Below, piece by piece: positions 9,797 through 18,592 of a DNA stretch of 64,000 nt. Source of the stretch: Dehalococcoidia bacterium (GTDB taxonomy: Bacteria > Chloroflexota > Dehalococcoidia > Bin125); the NCBI GenBank assembly GCA_965218115.1, contig OZ244584.1:2560012-2624011 (forward strand). The letters are read 5' to 3'. Numbering within the stretch: position 1 is the first letter of the stretch; each line of letters begins with the position of its first letter. Both the position numbers and the translations under genes were made by a program. The notes below the pieces were generated by a model, which was not told the origin of the DNA, searched no databases, and was given only the letters and a program-made list of their open reading frames with translations.

Positions 9797-9870
9797 TGGC
9801 TGGGGATGGAGGATTCGAACCCCCGCTAACTGATCCAGAGTCAGCCGTCCTACCGCTAGACTAATCCCCA
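9797..9870 (-). tRNA. tRNA-Gln(CTG)
   Basis: TGGGGAT acceptor with T1-A72, anticodon arm gctga-ctCTGga-tcagt, T-loop, encoded CCA. Confidence 0.97.
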
Positions 9871-9979
9871 ACCTCGCCACGATATCAGCGGCCCGACGAA
9901 GGCGGCAAGCGAACCAGGCGTCAGACCGAGTGTCAAACCAGCGGGCGAGCCGGCGGCAAACCAGGCGTCAGTCGTGGAT

Positions 9980-11452
9980 TCAGTCGTCCGGCCGGGCCAG
10001 GCGCTCGGCCGCGGCGTTCAGACGCTCCAGCGTGGTCGCGCGACCGAGCACCTCAAGGGTCTCGAAGAGTGGCGGGGCGATCCGCTTGCCGGTCGTGGCG
10101 ACCCGAATCGGCGTGAACAGCACGCCCGGCTTCTCGCCGCGTTGCTCGGCCAGTGCTCGCAGCGCCGCCTCGATCGCCTCCGCGGTCCAGGGTTCGAGGG
10201 CACGCATCGTGCTGAGCACTGCCTCAACGGCCTCGAGCGCGGCCCAGGGCTTGTCGCGGTAGCCGCGGCCCATCAGCTCGGCGTTGGCGTAGTCGAGCGG
10301 ACCCGCGACGTAGAAGAAGTCGGCGTAGTCGACGATTTCGGGCAGCAGCTTGACGCGCTCCTGGATCGCGCCGGCGAGCGGCAGCAGCGGCACCAGATCG
10401 AGCGGGCGGCCGATCGCAGCCTGCAGCCAGGGCCGGCCACGCTCGAGGAAGTCATCGGCTGCGAGGTCGCGGATGTAGCGCGCGTTCATCTCGCGCAGGC
10501 GCTCGACATCGAACGTCGCGCTGGACAGACCGAGGCGCTCAATCGAGAAGGCGTCGCGGATGTCGTCGCGCGACATGATCGTGGTCGATTCGTCCTTTGA
10601 CCAACCGAGCAGCGCCATGAAGTTGAGCAGCGCCTCGGGCAGGTAGCCCTGGTCGCCGTAGGCGCGCAGGCTGGTCGCGCCGTGGCGCTTGCTCAGCTTG
10701 CCCTTGTCGGGCCCGCGGATGATCGGCACGTGGACCCAGATCGGCGCGGGCCAGCCGAGCGCTGCGTATTGCGCGACGTGCCGCGGGGCGCTCGGCAACC
10801 ACTCCTCGCCGCGGATCACGTGGGAGATCTCCATCTCACGGTCGTCGACGACCGAGGCGAGGTGGTAGGTGGGGAAGCCGTCGCGCTTGAGCAGCACGTG
10901 GTCGTCAAGCAGGTCGTTGCGGAACTCGACGGGACCGCGCAACGCGTCGTCCACGACCGTGACGCCGGCCTGGGGCATCGCGAAGCGGACGACGCCGGGC
11001 CCGTGGGCGGCGGCGACGTCGACTTGCTCGGGCGTCAGGCCGCGGCAGTGGCGGTCGTAGCCGGGCGGGAGCTTCTGCTGCTGCTGCGCCTTGCGCACGG
11101 CGTCGAGACGGTCGGGCGAGCAGAAGCAGCGGTAGGCGGCGCCCGACTCGAGCAGGCGGTCGGCTGCGGCGCGATAGCGCGGCAGGCGTTCCGACTGTCG
11201 ATACGGCGCGTGCGGCCCGCCGATGTCGGGCCCCTCGTCCCAGTCGAGGCCGAGCCAGCGCAGCGCGTCGAGGATCTGCTCTTCGGCGCCTTCGACGCGG
11301 CGTGACTGGTCGGTGTCTTCGATTCGCACGATGAACTGTCCGCCGTGGCGGCGCGCGAGCAGCCAGTCGAACAGCGCAGTGCGGATGTTGCCGATGTGCG
11401 GCTCGCCCGTCGGGGACGGTCCGTAGCGGACACGGACGGGCTTATCGGACAC
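9980..11452 (-). CDS. gltX: Glutamate--tRNA ligase
   Basis: RYGPSPTGEPHIGN (HIGH), RIEDTD, KLSKRHG (KMSKS); GTG start at 11452. Confidence 0.97.
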   Translation of the reverse strand: MSDKPVRVRYGPSPTGEPHIGNIRTALFDWLLARRHGGQFIVRIEDTDQSRRVEGAEEQILDALRWLGLDWDEGPDIGGPHAPYRQSERLPRYRAAADRLLESGAAYRCFCSPDRLDAVRKAQQQQKLPPGYDRHCRGLTPEQVDVAAAHGPGVVRFAMPQAGVTVVDDALRGPVEFRNDLLDDHVLLKRDGFPTYHLASVVDDREMEISHVIRGEEWLPSAPRHVAQYAALGWPAPIWVHVPIIRGPDKGKLSKRHGATSLRAYGDQGYLPEALLNFMALLGWSKDESTTIMSRDDIRDAFSIERLGLSSATFDVERLREMNARYIRDLAADDFLERGRPWLQAAIGRPLDLVPLLPLAGAIQERVKLLPEIVDYADFFYVAGPLDYANAELMGRGYRDKPWAALEAVEAVLSTMRALEPWTAEAIEAALRALAEQRGEKPGVLFTPIRVATTGKRIAPPLFETLEVLGRATTLERLNAAAERLARPDD

Positions 11453-12437
11453 GCTGGCTCCGGCGTCGTTTGGTGCGGTTGGGGTCGCGCGGCCTGCGGG
11501 GTCGCGGTGAATTCGCCGGTGTGTCGAGCAGGATCGCGCCGCCGCGCAGGCGCTCGACCAGCGCGCGGAAATCGTCCGGCGGATCGGCGGTGAAGGCAAC
11601 CGACTCGCCGTGGTGTGGATGAGTGAACGTGATCGAGCGGGCGTGGAGCGCCTGCCGCTTGATGTCCGCGCAGCGAATCCCGTACATGTCGTCGCCGGCG
11701 ATCGGGTGGCCGATCGCCGCGAGATGCACGCGGATCTGGTGCGTGCGCCCAGTGATCAGATCGCACTCGATCAGCGACGCGTCCGCGAATCGCTCGAGCA
11801 GGCGGTAGGCGGTGCGCGAGCTGCGCCCGCGGTCGACCACTGCCATGCGGCGGGGGTCGGCGGGGTCGCGGCCGAGCGGGGCGTCGATCAGGCCGACCTC
11901 GGGGTCGGGGACCCCGGCAACGACGGCGAGGTACTCCTTTTCGACGGAGCGCTCGCGCAGTTGTTGCTGGAGCGCGGCGAGTGCGGCCTCGGTCTTGGCC
12001 ACGATCAGCAGGCCGGTCGTGTCGCGGTCCAGGCGGTGGACGAGGCCGGCGCGCAGCGTGTCGCCGAGCTGAGCGAGCTGGGGCCAGCGGCTGAGCAGCG
12101 CGCTGGTCAGCGTGGCGTCGCGCTCGCCCGGAGCGGGATGCACGGTGAGGCCTGCGGCCTTGTTGAGCACGACGAGGTGCTCGTCCTCGAAGATCACATC
12201 GAGGTCGATGGCCACGGGGGGCGGAGCCGGGGCGGCCTCGACCGGGTGCACCGCGATCAGCTCGCCGAAATGCAGACGGTAGGCGGGCCGCTCGAGCGAC
12301 CCCTCGACGCGCACGAGTCCGCGGTCGATCAGCTTGCGCACGTGCGATCGCGAGGTCCCGGGCAGGCGACGGCTGACGAAGACATCAAGCCGTTCGTCAT
12401 CAAGGTCGGCGAGGAGTTCCATCGGGGGATCTGGCAC
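11442..12437 (-). CDS. rluD: RluA/RluD family pseudouridine synthase with S4 domain
   Basis: RLDVFV S4 start, VHRLDRDTTG, TGRTHQIRVH, RQALHA. Confidence 0.92.
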   Translation of the reverse strand: MPDPPMELLADLDDERLDVFVSRRLPGTSRSHVRKLIDRGLVRVEGSLERPAYRLHFGELIAVHPVEAAPAPPPVAIDLDVIFEDEHLVVLNKAAGLTVHPAPGERDATLTSALLSRWPQLAQLGDTLRAGLVHRLDRDTTGLLIVAKTEAALAALQQQLRERSVEKEYLAVVAGVPDPEVGLIDAPLGRDPADPRRMAVVDRGRSSRTAYRLLERFADASLIECDLITGRTHQIRVHLAAIGHPIAGDDMYGIRCADIKRQALHARSITFTHPHHGESVAFTADPPDDFRALVERLRGGAILLDTPANSPRPRRPRDPNRTKRRRSQRVR

Positions 12438-12478
12438 ACGGTCACGCTATCAGCACGACGCCGGGCTGCTTGACCGGG

Positions 12479-12997
12479 TCAGCGCTTCAGGCGGCGGCTG
12501 TCGGAGAAGATGATCGCGATGATCACGGCGGCGACGCCCACGTTGATTGCGGCGTCGGCGACGTTGAAGGCGGGGAAGTGGATGAAGTCGATGAAGTCGG
12601 TCACGTGGCCCTGGTAGATGCGGTCGAGCAGGTTGCCGATCGCGCCGCCGAGGATCAGAGCCAGGCCGCTGCGAATCAGCCAGTGGTTGAGTGGGGGAAA
12701 CAGGTAGTAGGCGGCGACGATCACGATCGCGACGACGGCGGAGACGGCGAGGATCGTGTTCGCGCCGCCGAAGATGCCGAACGCGCCGCCGTCGTTCTGG
12801 ACGTGCGAGAAGGAGAAGAACTGAGCCAGCTGCTCGCGCTCGCCGAACTCGAGCGAGGCGCGCAGGATCACCTTGGTGATCTGGTCGAAGGCCACGATCA
12901 GCGCGGCGGCGCCGAGGAAGGGCAAGTGGCGTCGAGCGTCGAAGCGTGAACGCGGTGGCGGTTCGGCGGTCTCGTGAGCGCTTGCTGGGCCCGCCAT
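12479..12997 (-). CDS. lspA: Lipoprotein signal peptidase II
   Basis: DQITK, NDGGAFG, GGAIGNLLDR, VTDFI, FNVAD. Confidence 0.95.
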   Translation of the reverse strand: MAGPASAHETAEPPPRSRFDARRHLPFLGAAALIVAFDQITKVILRASLEFGEREQLAQFFSFSHVQNDGGAFGIFGGANTILAVSAVVAIVIVAAYYLFPPLNHWLIRSGLALILGGAIGNLLDRIYQGHVTDFIDFIHFPAFNVADAAINVGVAAVIIAIIFSDSRRLKR

Positions 12998-13087
12998 TGT
13001 GTGTCGAGCGTACAGCGTCAATTTGTCGGCGATGCGGTACGATCATCCGGCGACCCCGGCGAATTGTGGGGCCACAGGAGTGTGCGT

Positions 13088-13714
13088 GTGGCGGACGAAC
13101 TGATCTCGACGGGTCCGATGTTCAGCGAGGCTCAGGAGCTTCGCGCCCGCACGGGGCACGACCGGTTGCCGCCGGGGCAGCGACTCGTGCGCCAATGGCC
13201 GGTGCTGACTTACGGCGGCACGCCCCGCGTGGAGACGAAGGATTGGACGCTGCAGGTCTGGGGCGCGGTCGGGCAGGAGCGCGTCCTGAACTGGGACGAG
13301 TTCGTCGGGATCGGGCTGACCGAGCGGTTCAACGACATTCACTGCGTGACGCACTGGTCGCGCTACGACAACAACTGGCAGGGCGTGCTGCTGAGCGACC
13401 TGTTCGCGCAGCTCGATGTCTCGCCGGAGGCCGAGTCGGTGATGTTCCACTGCTTCGGCGGCTACACGTCGAACATCCGCCTGGCGACCCTGCGCGCCGA
13501 CGACCACGCGATGCTGGCCGTTGCGCACGACGGGGCGCCGCTCCGACCCGAGCACGGCGGCCCGGCGCGGGTGGTGGTGCCGTCGCTGTATTTCTGGAAG
13601 AGCGCGAAGTGGGTCGGCGGGATCGAGTTCCTCTCGCGCGATCAACCCGGCTTCTGGGAGATGTACGGCTACCACATGCACGGCGATCCCTGGCGCGAGG
13701 AGCGCTACGGCTAG
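13088..13714 (+). CDS. Sulfite oxidase-like molybdopterin oxidoreductase
   Basis: RLPPGQ, DIHCVTHWS, EHGGPARVVVP, WKSAKW, GFWE..GYH; caggag RBS. Confidence 0.9.
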   Translation: MADELISTGPMFSEAQELRARTGHDRLPPGQRLVRQWPVLTYGGTPRVETKDWTLQVWGAVGQERVLNWDEFVGIGLTERFNDIHCVTHWSRYDNNWQGVLLSDLFAQLDVSPEAESVMFHCFGGYTSNIRLATLRADDHAMLAVAHDGAPLRPEHGGPARVVVPSLYFWKSAKWVGGIEFLSRDQPGFWEMYGYHMHGDPWREERYG

Positions 13715-13770
13715 CGCGGGGCGTCGGCGCCGAGCCGCTGCTCGTATGGTTGCCCTGAGAGGTCTCGCGC

Positions 13771-14403
13771 ATGGTCGCTCAGCGACAGCCCCCTGCGGTC
13801 TCACTCGAACGATCGGCGCTCGTCTACGACGATCCGCAGCCGATCCACTTGCCTCCCGATTGGGAGCTGACGGATGAGCGGTTCCTGGAGATTGGTGAGC
13901 TCAATCCGGAGCAGTGCTTCGAGCGGACGGCCGACGGAAGGCTGCATCAGATGACCTGGCCCGACGGCCTCAGCGAGAGCGTATCGACGAAGATTCTCGC
14001 GTTCGTGACGTTCTGGGCGATGGGTAACAGCGGCGAAACGCGCGGCGAGAATGGCGGCTATTTCCTGCCCGACAGCTCTGCGCGCGGCCCCGATGTCTCG
14101 TGGGTGGATGCGGAGCAGATCGCGGAACGGGGCGGGCTGCGTGGGCAGTTCTACCTTGCTCCGCGTTTCGTCGTCGAAGTACGTTCGCCTTCGCAGACTG
14201 TCCGGGCCCAACAGTCCAAGATGCAGCACTGGGTGAGTGTCGGCGTGCAGCTTGGATGGCTGATCGATCCCTACGAGGAGATCGTCTGGATCTATCGGGG
14301 CGACGGCTCGGTCGAGCAGCTCGATCGACCCGGGGAGCTCTCCGGCGAGGATGTCTGTGTTGGGCTGTCGATCGACATGACGCGAGTCTGGGAAGCCGAT
14401 TAG
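13771..14403 (+). CDS. Uma2 family (DUF820) endonuclease-fold protein
   Basis: RGPDVSWV, APRFVVEVRSPS, GVQLGWLIDP. Confidence 0.9.
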   Translation: MVAQRQPPAVSLERSALVYDDPQPIHLPPDWELTDERFLEIGELNPEQCFERTADGRLHQMTWPDGLSESVSTKILAFVTFWAMGNSGETRGENGGYFLPDSSARGPDVSWVDAEQIAERGGLRGQFYLAPRFVVEVRSPSQTVRAQQSKMQHWVSVGVQLGWLIDPYEEIVWIYRGDGSVEQLDRPGELSGEDVCVGLSIDMTRVWEAD

Positions 14404-14427
14404 GGGTGTTCGTTGACGGTTTTGCGC

Positions 14428-14456
14428 TTGACCTGCGCTCCGGGGGGTGGCACGCT
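14428..14456 (+). promoter_or_regulatory. Putative sigma70-type promoter
   Basis: TTGACC-17 bp-CACGCT with an upstream TG; predicted start site near 14463-14465. Confidence 0.45.
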
Positions 14457-14464
14457 TCGAGGCG

Positions 14465-14551
14465 ATGATGCCTGAACGTGGAACGATGATGCGACGCGCG
14501 GCCGAGGGCCGCATGGCGATGCCCGGGGCCCTGCCCGGCCTGGCGCGCTGA
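14465..14551 (+). CDS. Putative Met-rich leader peptide MMPERGTMMRRAAEGRMAMPGALPGLAR
   Basis: 6 ATG codons in 28; the stop codon lies within the hairpin 14527-14576; upstream of a sulfur amino-acid type synthase. Confidence 0.6.
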   Translation: MMPERGTMMRRAAEGRMAMPGALPGLAR

Positions 14552-14640
14552 GCATTGCGCCGGACTGGCGAGGGCCTCCAGCACTCCCTCCACGACGGTC
14601 GGAGCGACCGCCGGCGCCCACACTCGAAAGCCCCCGCCCG

Positions 14641-15876
14641 ATGACCAACGCCACCCACCTCGCCTGTCGTGAGTGCGACCGCGAGTTCCCGCTCGATCCG
14701 CTCAACGTCTGTGATTTCTGCTTCGGCCCGCTCGAAGTCCGCTACGACCAGGGCGCCATCCAGGCCCGCGTGACGCGCGAGCTGATCGAGGCCGGCCCGC
14801 GCTCGATCTGGCGCTACAAGGACCTCCTGCCGGTCGACGACGAGTACATCGTCGACCTCGGCGTGGGCTACACGCCGCTCCAGCGCGCCGACAACCTCGC
14901 ACGCAAGCTGGGCATGCGAGAGCTGTGGATCAAGAACGACACCTGCAACCCCTCGTGGTCCTTCAAGGACCGCGTGGTGGCGGTGGCCAGCAGCCGCGCG
15001 CGACAGCATGGCTTCGAGACGCTGGCCTGCGCCTCAACGGGCAACCTGGCCAACGCCGTCTCCGCTCACGCCGCGCGCGCCGGGATGCGCGCGATCGTCT
15101 TCATCCCACACGATCTGGAGACCGGCAAGGTGCTGGGCTCGGCGATCTACAACCCGACGATCGTGTCCGTAAACGGCTCCTACGACGACGTCAACCGGCT
15201 CTGCTCGGAGCTGGCCGACAACCACGACTGGGCGTTTGTCAACATCAATGTGCGGCCCTACTACTCGGAGGGCTCGCGGACGCTCGCGTTCGAGGTCGCC
15301 GAGCAGCTGGGCTGGCAGGCGCCGCGGCAGTGCATCGCGCCGATGGCGTCCGGCTCGCTGTTCACCAAGATTCACAAGGGCTTCGAGGAGCTGCAGACCT
15401 ACGGGCTGATCGAGGAGGCCGAGGTCCGCATGATCGGCGCCCAGGCCACCGGCTGTTCGCCGATCTCGACCGCCTGGGAGAACGGCACGACCAACATCCG
15501 CCCGGTCAAGCCGAACACGATCGCCAAGAGTCTGGCGATCGGCAACCCGGCCGACGGCTACTACGCGCTCAAGACCATGGCCAAGACCGACGGCGGCGCG
15601 GCCTCGGTGAGCGACGACGAAGTGGTCGAGGGCATCCAGCTACTCGCGCAGCTGGAGGGCGTGTTCGCCGAGACGGCGGGCGGCGTCACGATCGCCGGCC
15701 TGCGCCAGGCGCTCGAACGCGGCCTGCTGGATCCCGACGAATCAACTGTCGCCTTCATCACGGGCGGCGGACTCAAGACGACGGACGCCGTCGTGCAACA
15801 CGTCACGCAGCCGATCCCGGTCGAGGGCACGCTGCAGTCGTTCGAGGACGCCTTCGCGGCGGCCGGCAAGAACTGA
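14641..15876 (+). CDS. Threonine synthase-like PLP enzyme with N-terminal Zn ribbon (probable MetM-type O-phosphohomoserine sulfhydrylase)
   Basis: CREC..CDFCFGPLEV, NPSWSFKDR, CASTGN, VNINVRPYYSEGS, AETAGGVT, TGGGLK. Confidence 0.85.
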   Translation: MTNATHLACRECDREFPLDPLNVCDFCFGPLEVRYDQGAIQARVTRELIEAGPRSIWRYKDLLPVDDEYIVDLGVGYTPLQRADNLARKLGMRELWIKNDTCNPSWSFKDRVVAVASSRARQHGFETLACASTGNLANAVSAHAARAGMRAIVFIPHDLETGKVLGSAIYNPTIVSVNGSYDDVNRLCSELADNHDWAFVNINVRPYYSEGSRTLAFEVAEQLGWQAPRQCIAPMASGSLFTKIHKGFEELQTYGLIEEAEVRMIGAQATGCSPISTAWENGTTNIRPVKPNTIAKSLAIGNPADGYYALKTMAKTDGGAASVSDDEVVEGIQLLAQLEGVFAETAGGVTIAGLRQALERGLLDPDESTVAFITGGGLKTTDAVVQHVTQPIPVEGTLQSFEDAFAAAGKN

Positions 15877-15899
15877 ACGCAGGGAACACGAGGACAGCC

Positions 15900-16142
15900 A
15901 TGGCGACCCGACGCGTCCGCTTCACATTCGAGGGCGACGCCGTGCGCGAGCCCGTGATCTACCTGCTCGGCCACGAGTTCGCGGTCGTGACCAACATCCG
16001 CATGGCCGATGTGGAGCACGAGTTCGGCTGGGTCGTGCTCGAGCTCGAGGGCGACCACGACGAGATCGACCGCAGTCTCGCCTGGGTCGAAGCCAAGGGC
16101 GTCCGCGTCGATCCCGTCTCCGGCGACGTCGTCGAGAGCTGA
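15900..16142 (+). CDS. NIL domain protein
   Basis: Real ORF is the tail of track ORF 14925..16142: MATRRVRFTF..EPVIY..TNIRMADV..GWVVLELEG; aggac RBS. Confidence 0.85.
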   Translation: MATRRVRFTFEGDAVREPVIYLLGHEFAVVTNIRMADVEHEFGWVVLELEGDHDEIDRSLAWVEAKGVRVDPVSGDVVES

Positions 16143-16219
16143 TCGCTGCGAGCGGGTGCGATACTGCGCCCACAGCGTCTGACACATCACCTGACACCAT
16201 TCTCCGGGAGGATCGAGCC

Positions 16220-17374
16220 ATGCCAGAGCCGTTCAAGATCGAGGTCGCCGAGACCGACCTGCGCGACCTGAAGCGCCGCCTCGCGCAGACCCGCTGGCCT
16301 TCCGAAGTCGAGGACAGCGGCTGGCAATACGGCTCCAACCTCGCCTACATGAAGGAACTCTGCGAATACTGGCGGACCAGCTTCGACTGGCGCGTGCAGG
16401 AGACCTACCTGAACCGCATGCCGCAGTTCACGCAAGCGGTCAGCGCCGACGGCGTCGAGGACTACAACGTCCACTTCGTGCACCAGCAGGGCGTCGGGCC
16501 CGACCCGCTGCCGCTGGTCTTCACGCACGGCTGGCCGGGCACGTTCTACGAGGTCAGCAAGATCCTGCCCTTGCTGACCGACCCAGCGTCGCACGGCGGC
16601 GACGCGGCGGACGCGTTCACGGTCGTCGCGCCCTCGCTGCCGGGCTACGGTTTCTCTGAGATTCCAACTTCGGGCGGCTTCGGGCAGAAGCGCACGGCGT
16701 TGCTCTGGGGCGAGTTGATGAAGCAGCTCGGCTACGAGCGTTACGGCGCGCAGGGCGGCGACTGGGGCGCGATCGTCACCGCGCAGGTGGCCTATCAGCA
16801 CCCTGACAACTGCATCGGCGCGCAGATCAACATGCCGATCGGTCGCCCCCCGCAAACCGATCCGCAGACGTGGACGGACGAAGAACGATCGGTTGCGGCG
16901 CGGGCGCAGCGGTGGCAGGCACAGGAGACGGGCTACCAGGCGATTCAGGGCACCCGCCCGCAGACGCTCTCCTACGGCCTGACCGACTCACCGGCGGGTC
17001 TGGCGGGCTGGATCACCGAGAAGTGGCGCGCCTGGAGCGACTGCGACGGCGATATCGAGAAGCGCTTTAGCAAGGACGAGATTCTGACCAACATCTCGAT
17101 CTACTGGTTCTCCGCGACGATCAACAGCAGCACGCGCTACTACTACGAGATGCGCCAGCACGGGCCCGAGAATTTCCTGCCCGGGCGGCTCGAGACGCCG
17201 ACCGGATTCTCGGTCTTCCCCGGCGAGATCATCACCGCGCCGCGCAGCTGGTGCGAGCCGGGCTACAACATCACGCAGTGGTCGGAGCACGACCGCGGCG
17301 GCCACTTTGCGGCGCTCGAGGAGCCGGAGCTGTTGGCTCAGGACATCCGCGAGTTCTTCCGCCCGCTGCGCTAG
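16220..17374 (+). CDS. Epoxide hydrolase (EHN domain plus alpha/beta hydrolase)
   Basis: HGWP, PSLPGYGFS, GGDWG, DSPAGLA, GGHFAALE. Confidence 0.93.
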   Translation: MPEPFKIEVAETDLRDLKRRLAQTRWPSEVEDSGWQYGSNLAYMKELCEYWRTSFDWRVQETYLNRMPQFTQAVSADGVEDYNVHFVHQQGVGPDPLPLVFTHGWPGTFYEVSKILPLLTDPASHGGDAADAFTVVAPSLPGYGFSEIPTSGGFGQKRTALLWGELMKQLGYERYGAQGGDWGAIVTAQVAYQHPDNCIGAQINMPIGRPPQTDPQTWTDEERSVAARAQRWQAQETGYQAIQGTRPQTLSYGLTDSPAGLAGWITEKWRAWSDCDGDIEKRFSKDEILTNISIYWFSATINSSTRYYYEMRQHGPENFLPGRLETPTGFSVFPGEIITAPRSWCEPGYNITQWSEHDRGGHFAALEEPELLAQDIREFFRPLR

Positions 17375-17386
17375 TCGAGGCCGACG

Positions 17387-18592
17387 GTGGAATCTGAGCC
17401 GTTCCAGGTCGCGGTGGCCGAAGCGCCGATCGAGGCGCTGCGCGAGCGGCTGCGCGAGACACGCTGGCTGCCTGAAGTGCCGGGCTCGGAGTGGCTCTAC
17501 GGGGTTGATCGCTCATTCCTGCGCGAGCTCTGCGACTACTGGGCCGACGGCTTCAACTGGCGCGCTGCAGAGCGATTGTTGAACGCGTTCCCGCAGTACC
17601 GGATGTCGCTGGATTGCCCGAACGGTGAGACGCTCGAGATTCACTTCATCGAGCGGAGCAGCCCGCGGCCCGACGCGATTCCGCTGCTGATCCAGCACGG
17701 CTGGCCTTCGTCGGTGTTCGAGTTCTACAAGCTGATCGATCGCCTGGCGGAGCCCGAAGATTCGAACGCCCCCGCGTTCCATGTCGTGGCGCCCTCGCTG
17801 CCCGGCTACGGCTGGTCGCAAATTCCGCGGCGGCGCGGCGTGGGGCCGCCGGCGATCGCCGACATGTGGGTGCAGCTGATGGAGGGTCTCGGCTACGAGC
17901 GGTTCGCCTACCACGGCGGCGACTGGGGCGCGGCGGTTGGCGGCCAGCTCGGCCTACGCCATGAGTCACGGCTGCGCGGGTTGCATCTGACCGCCGCGGC
18001 GCTCGGGCCTGCCGGCGCCGCAGCGCGGCCGCAGTCCGAGGCGGAGCGGCGCTTCTTCCGCGATGAGCAGGCGCCGTACGTGCGCGACGACGCGGCGCAC
18101 CGCGCGATCCACGGCACGCGCTTCCAGACGCTCTCGTATGGTCTCGCCGACTCCCCCGCCGGGCTGGCCGCGTGGCTGGTCGACAAGTGGTGGATGCTGA
18201 GCGACTGCATGACGCCGGCGGAAGCGCCGCGCGGCGGAGATGTGCTGCGGCGTTTCACGATGGACGAGCTGCTCACGACGATCTCGATCTACTGGTTCAC
18301 GGAGACGATCAACTCCTCGATGCGGATCTACCACGAGGCGCCGCGTCCGGCGGCGACGGTCGAAGCCGAGGTTGGCGGTCAGGTGGCGCTGCGCGCCGGT
18401 CAGCGGGTGGGCGCGGCGACCGGGATCGTGCGGCTGGTGCGCGGCACGCCGCTGCCGCCGCGCAGCTGGTGCGAGCGCGCGTTCAATGTCGTGCACTGGA
18501 CCGAGTTCCCGGCCGGCGGCCACTTCCCGGCCATGGAGGAGCCCGAACTGCTACTGGCCGACATCCGATCGTTCTTCGCGCAGCACGCATGA
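17387..18592 (+). CDS. Epoxide hydrolase paralogue
   Basis: HGWP, GGDWG, DSPAGLA, GGHFPAME. Confidence 0.9.
   Translation: MESEPFQVAVAEAPIEALRERLRETRWLPEVPGSEWLYGVDRSFLRELCDYWADGFNWRAAERLLNAFPQYRMSLDCPNGETLEIHFIERSSPRPDAIPLLIQHGWPSSVFEFYKLIDRLAEPEDSNAPAFHVVAPSLPGYGWSQIPRRRGVGPPAIADMWVQLMEGLGYERFAYHGGDWGAAVGGQLGLRHESRLRGLHLTAAALGPAGAAARPQSEAERRFFRDEQAPYVRDDAAHRAIHGTRFQTLSYGLADSPAGLAAWLVDKWWMLSDCMTPAEAPRGGDVLRRFTMDELLTTISIYWFTETINSSMRIYHEAPRPAATVEAEVGGQVALRAGQRVGAATGIVRLVRGTPLPPRSWCERAFNVVHWTEFPAGGHFPAMEEPELLLADIRSFFAQHA

Noticed and set aside
14555-14640. ZTP (pfl) riboswitch suggested by gactggcg..ggagcgacc
   Set aside because: The 3' cgcctgggc pseudoknot hairpin and the GTGG/CCAC stem are absent.
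14460-14640. SAM-I/IV riboswitch or Thr/Ile attenuator
   Set aside because: No ATC.AGAG or GCAACC core, and the leader has only one Thr codon and no Ile codon.
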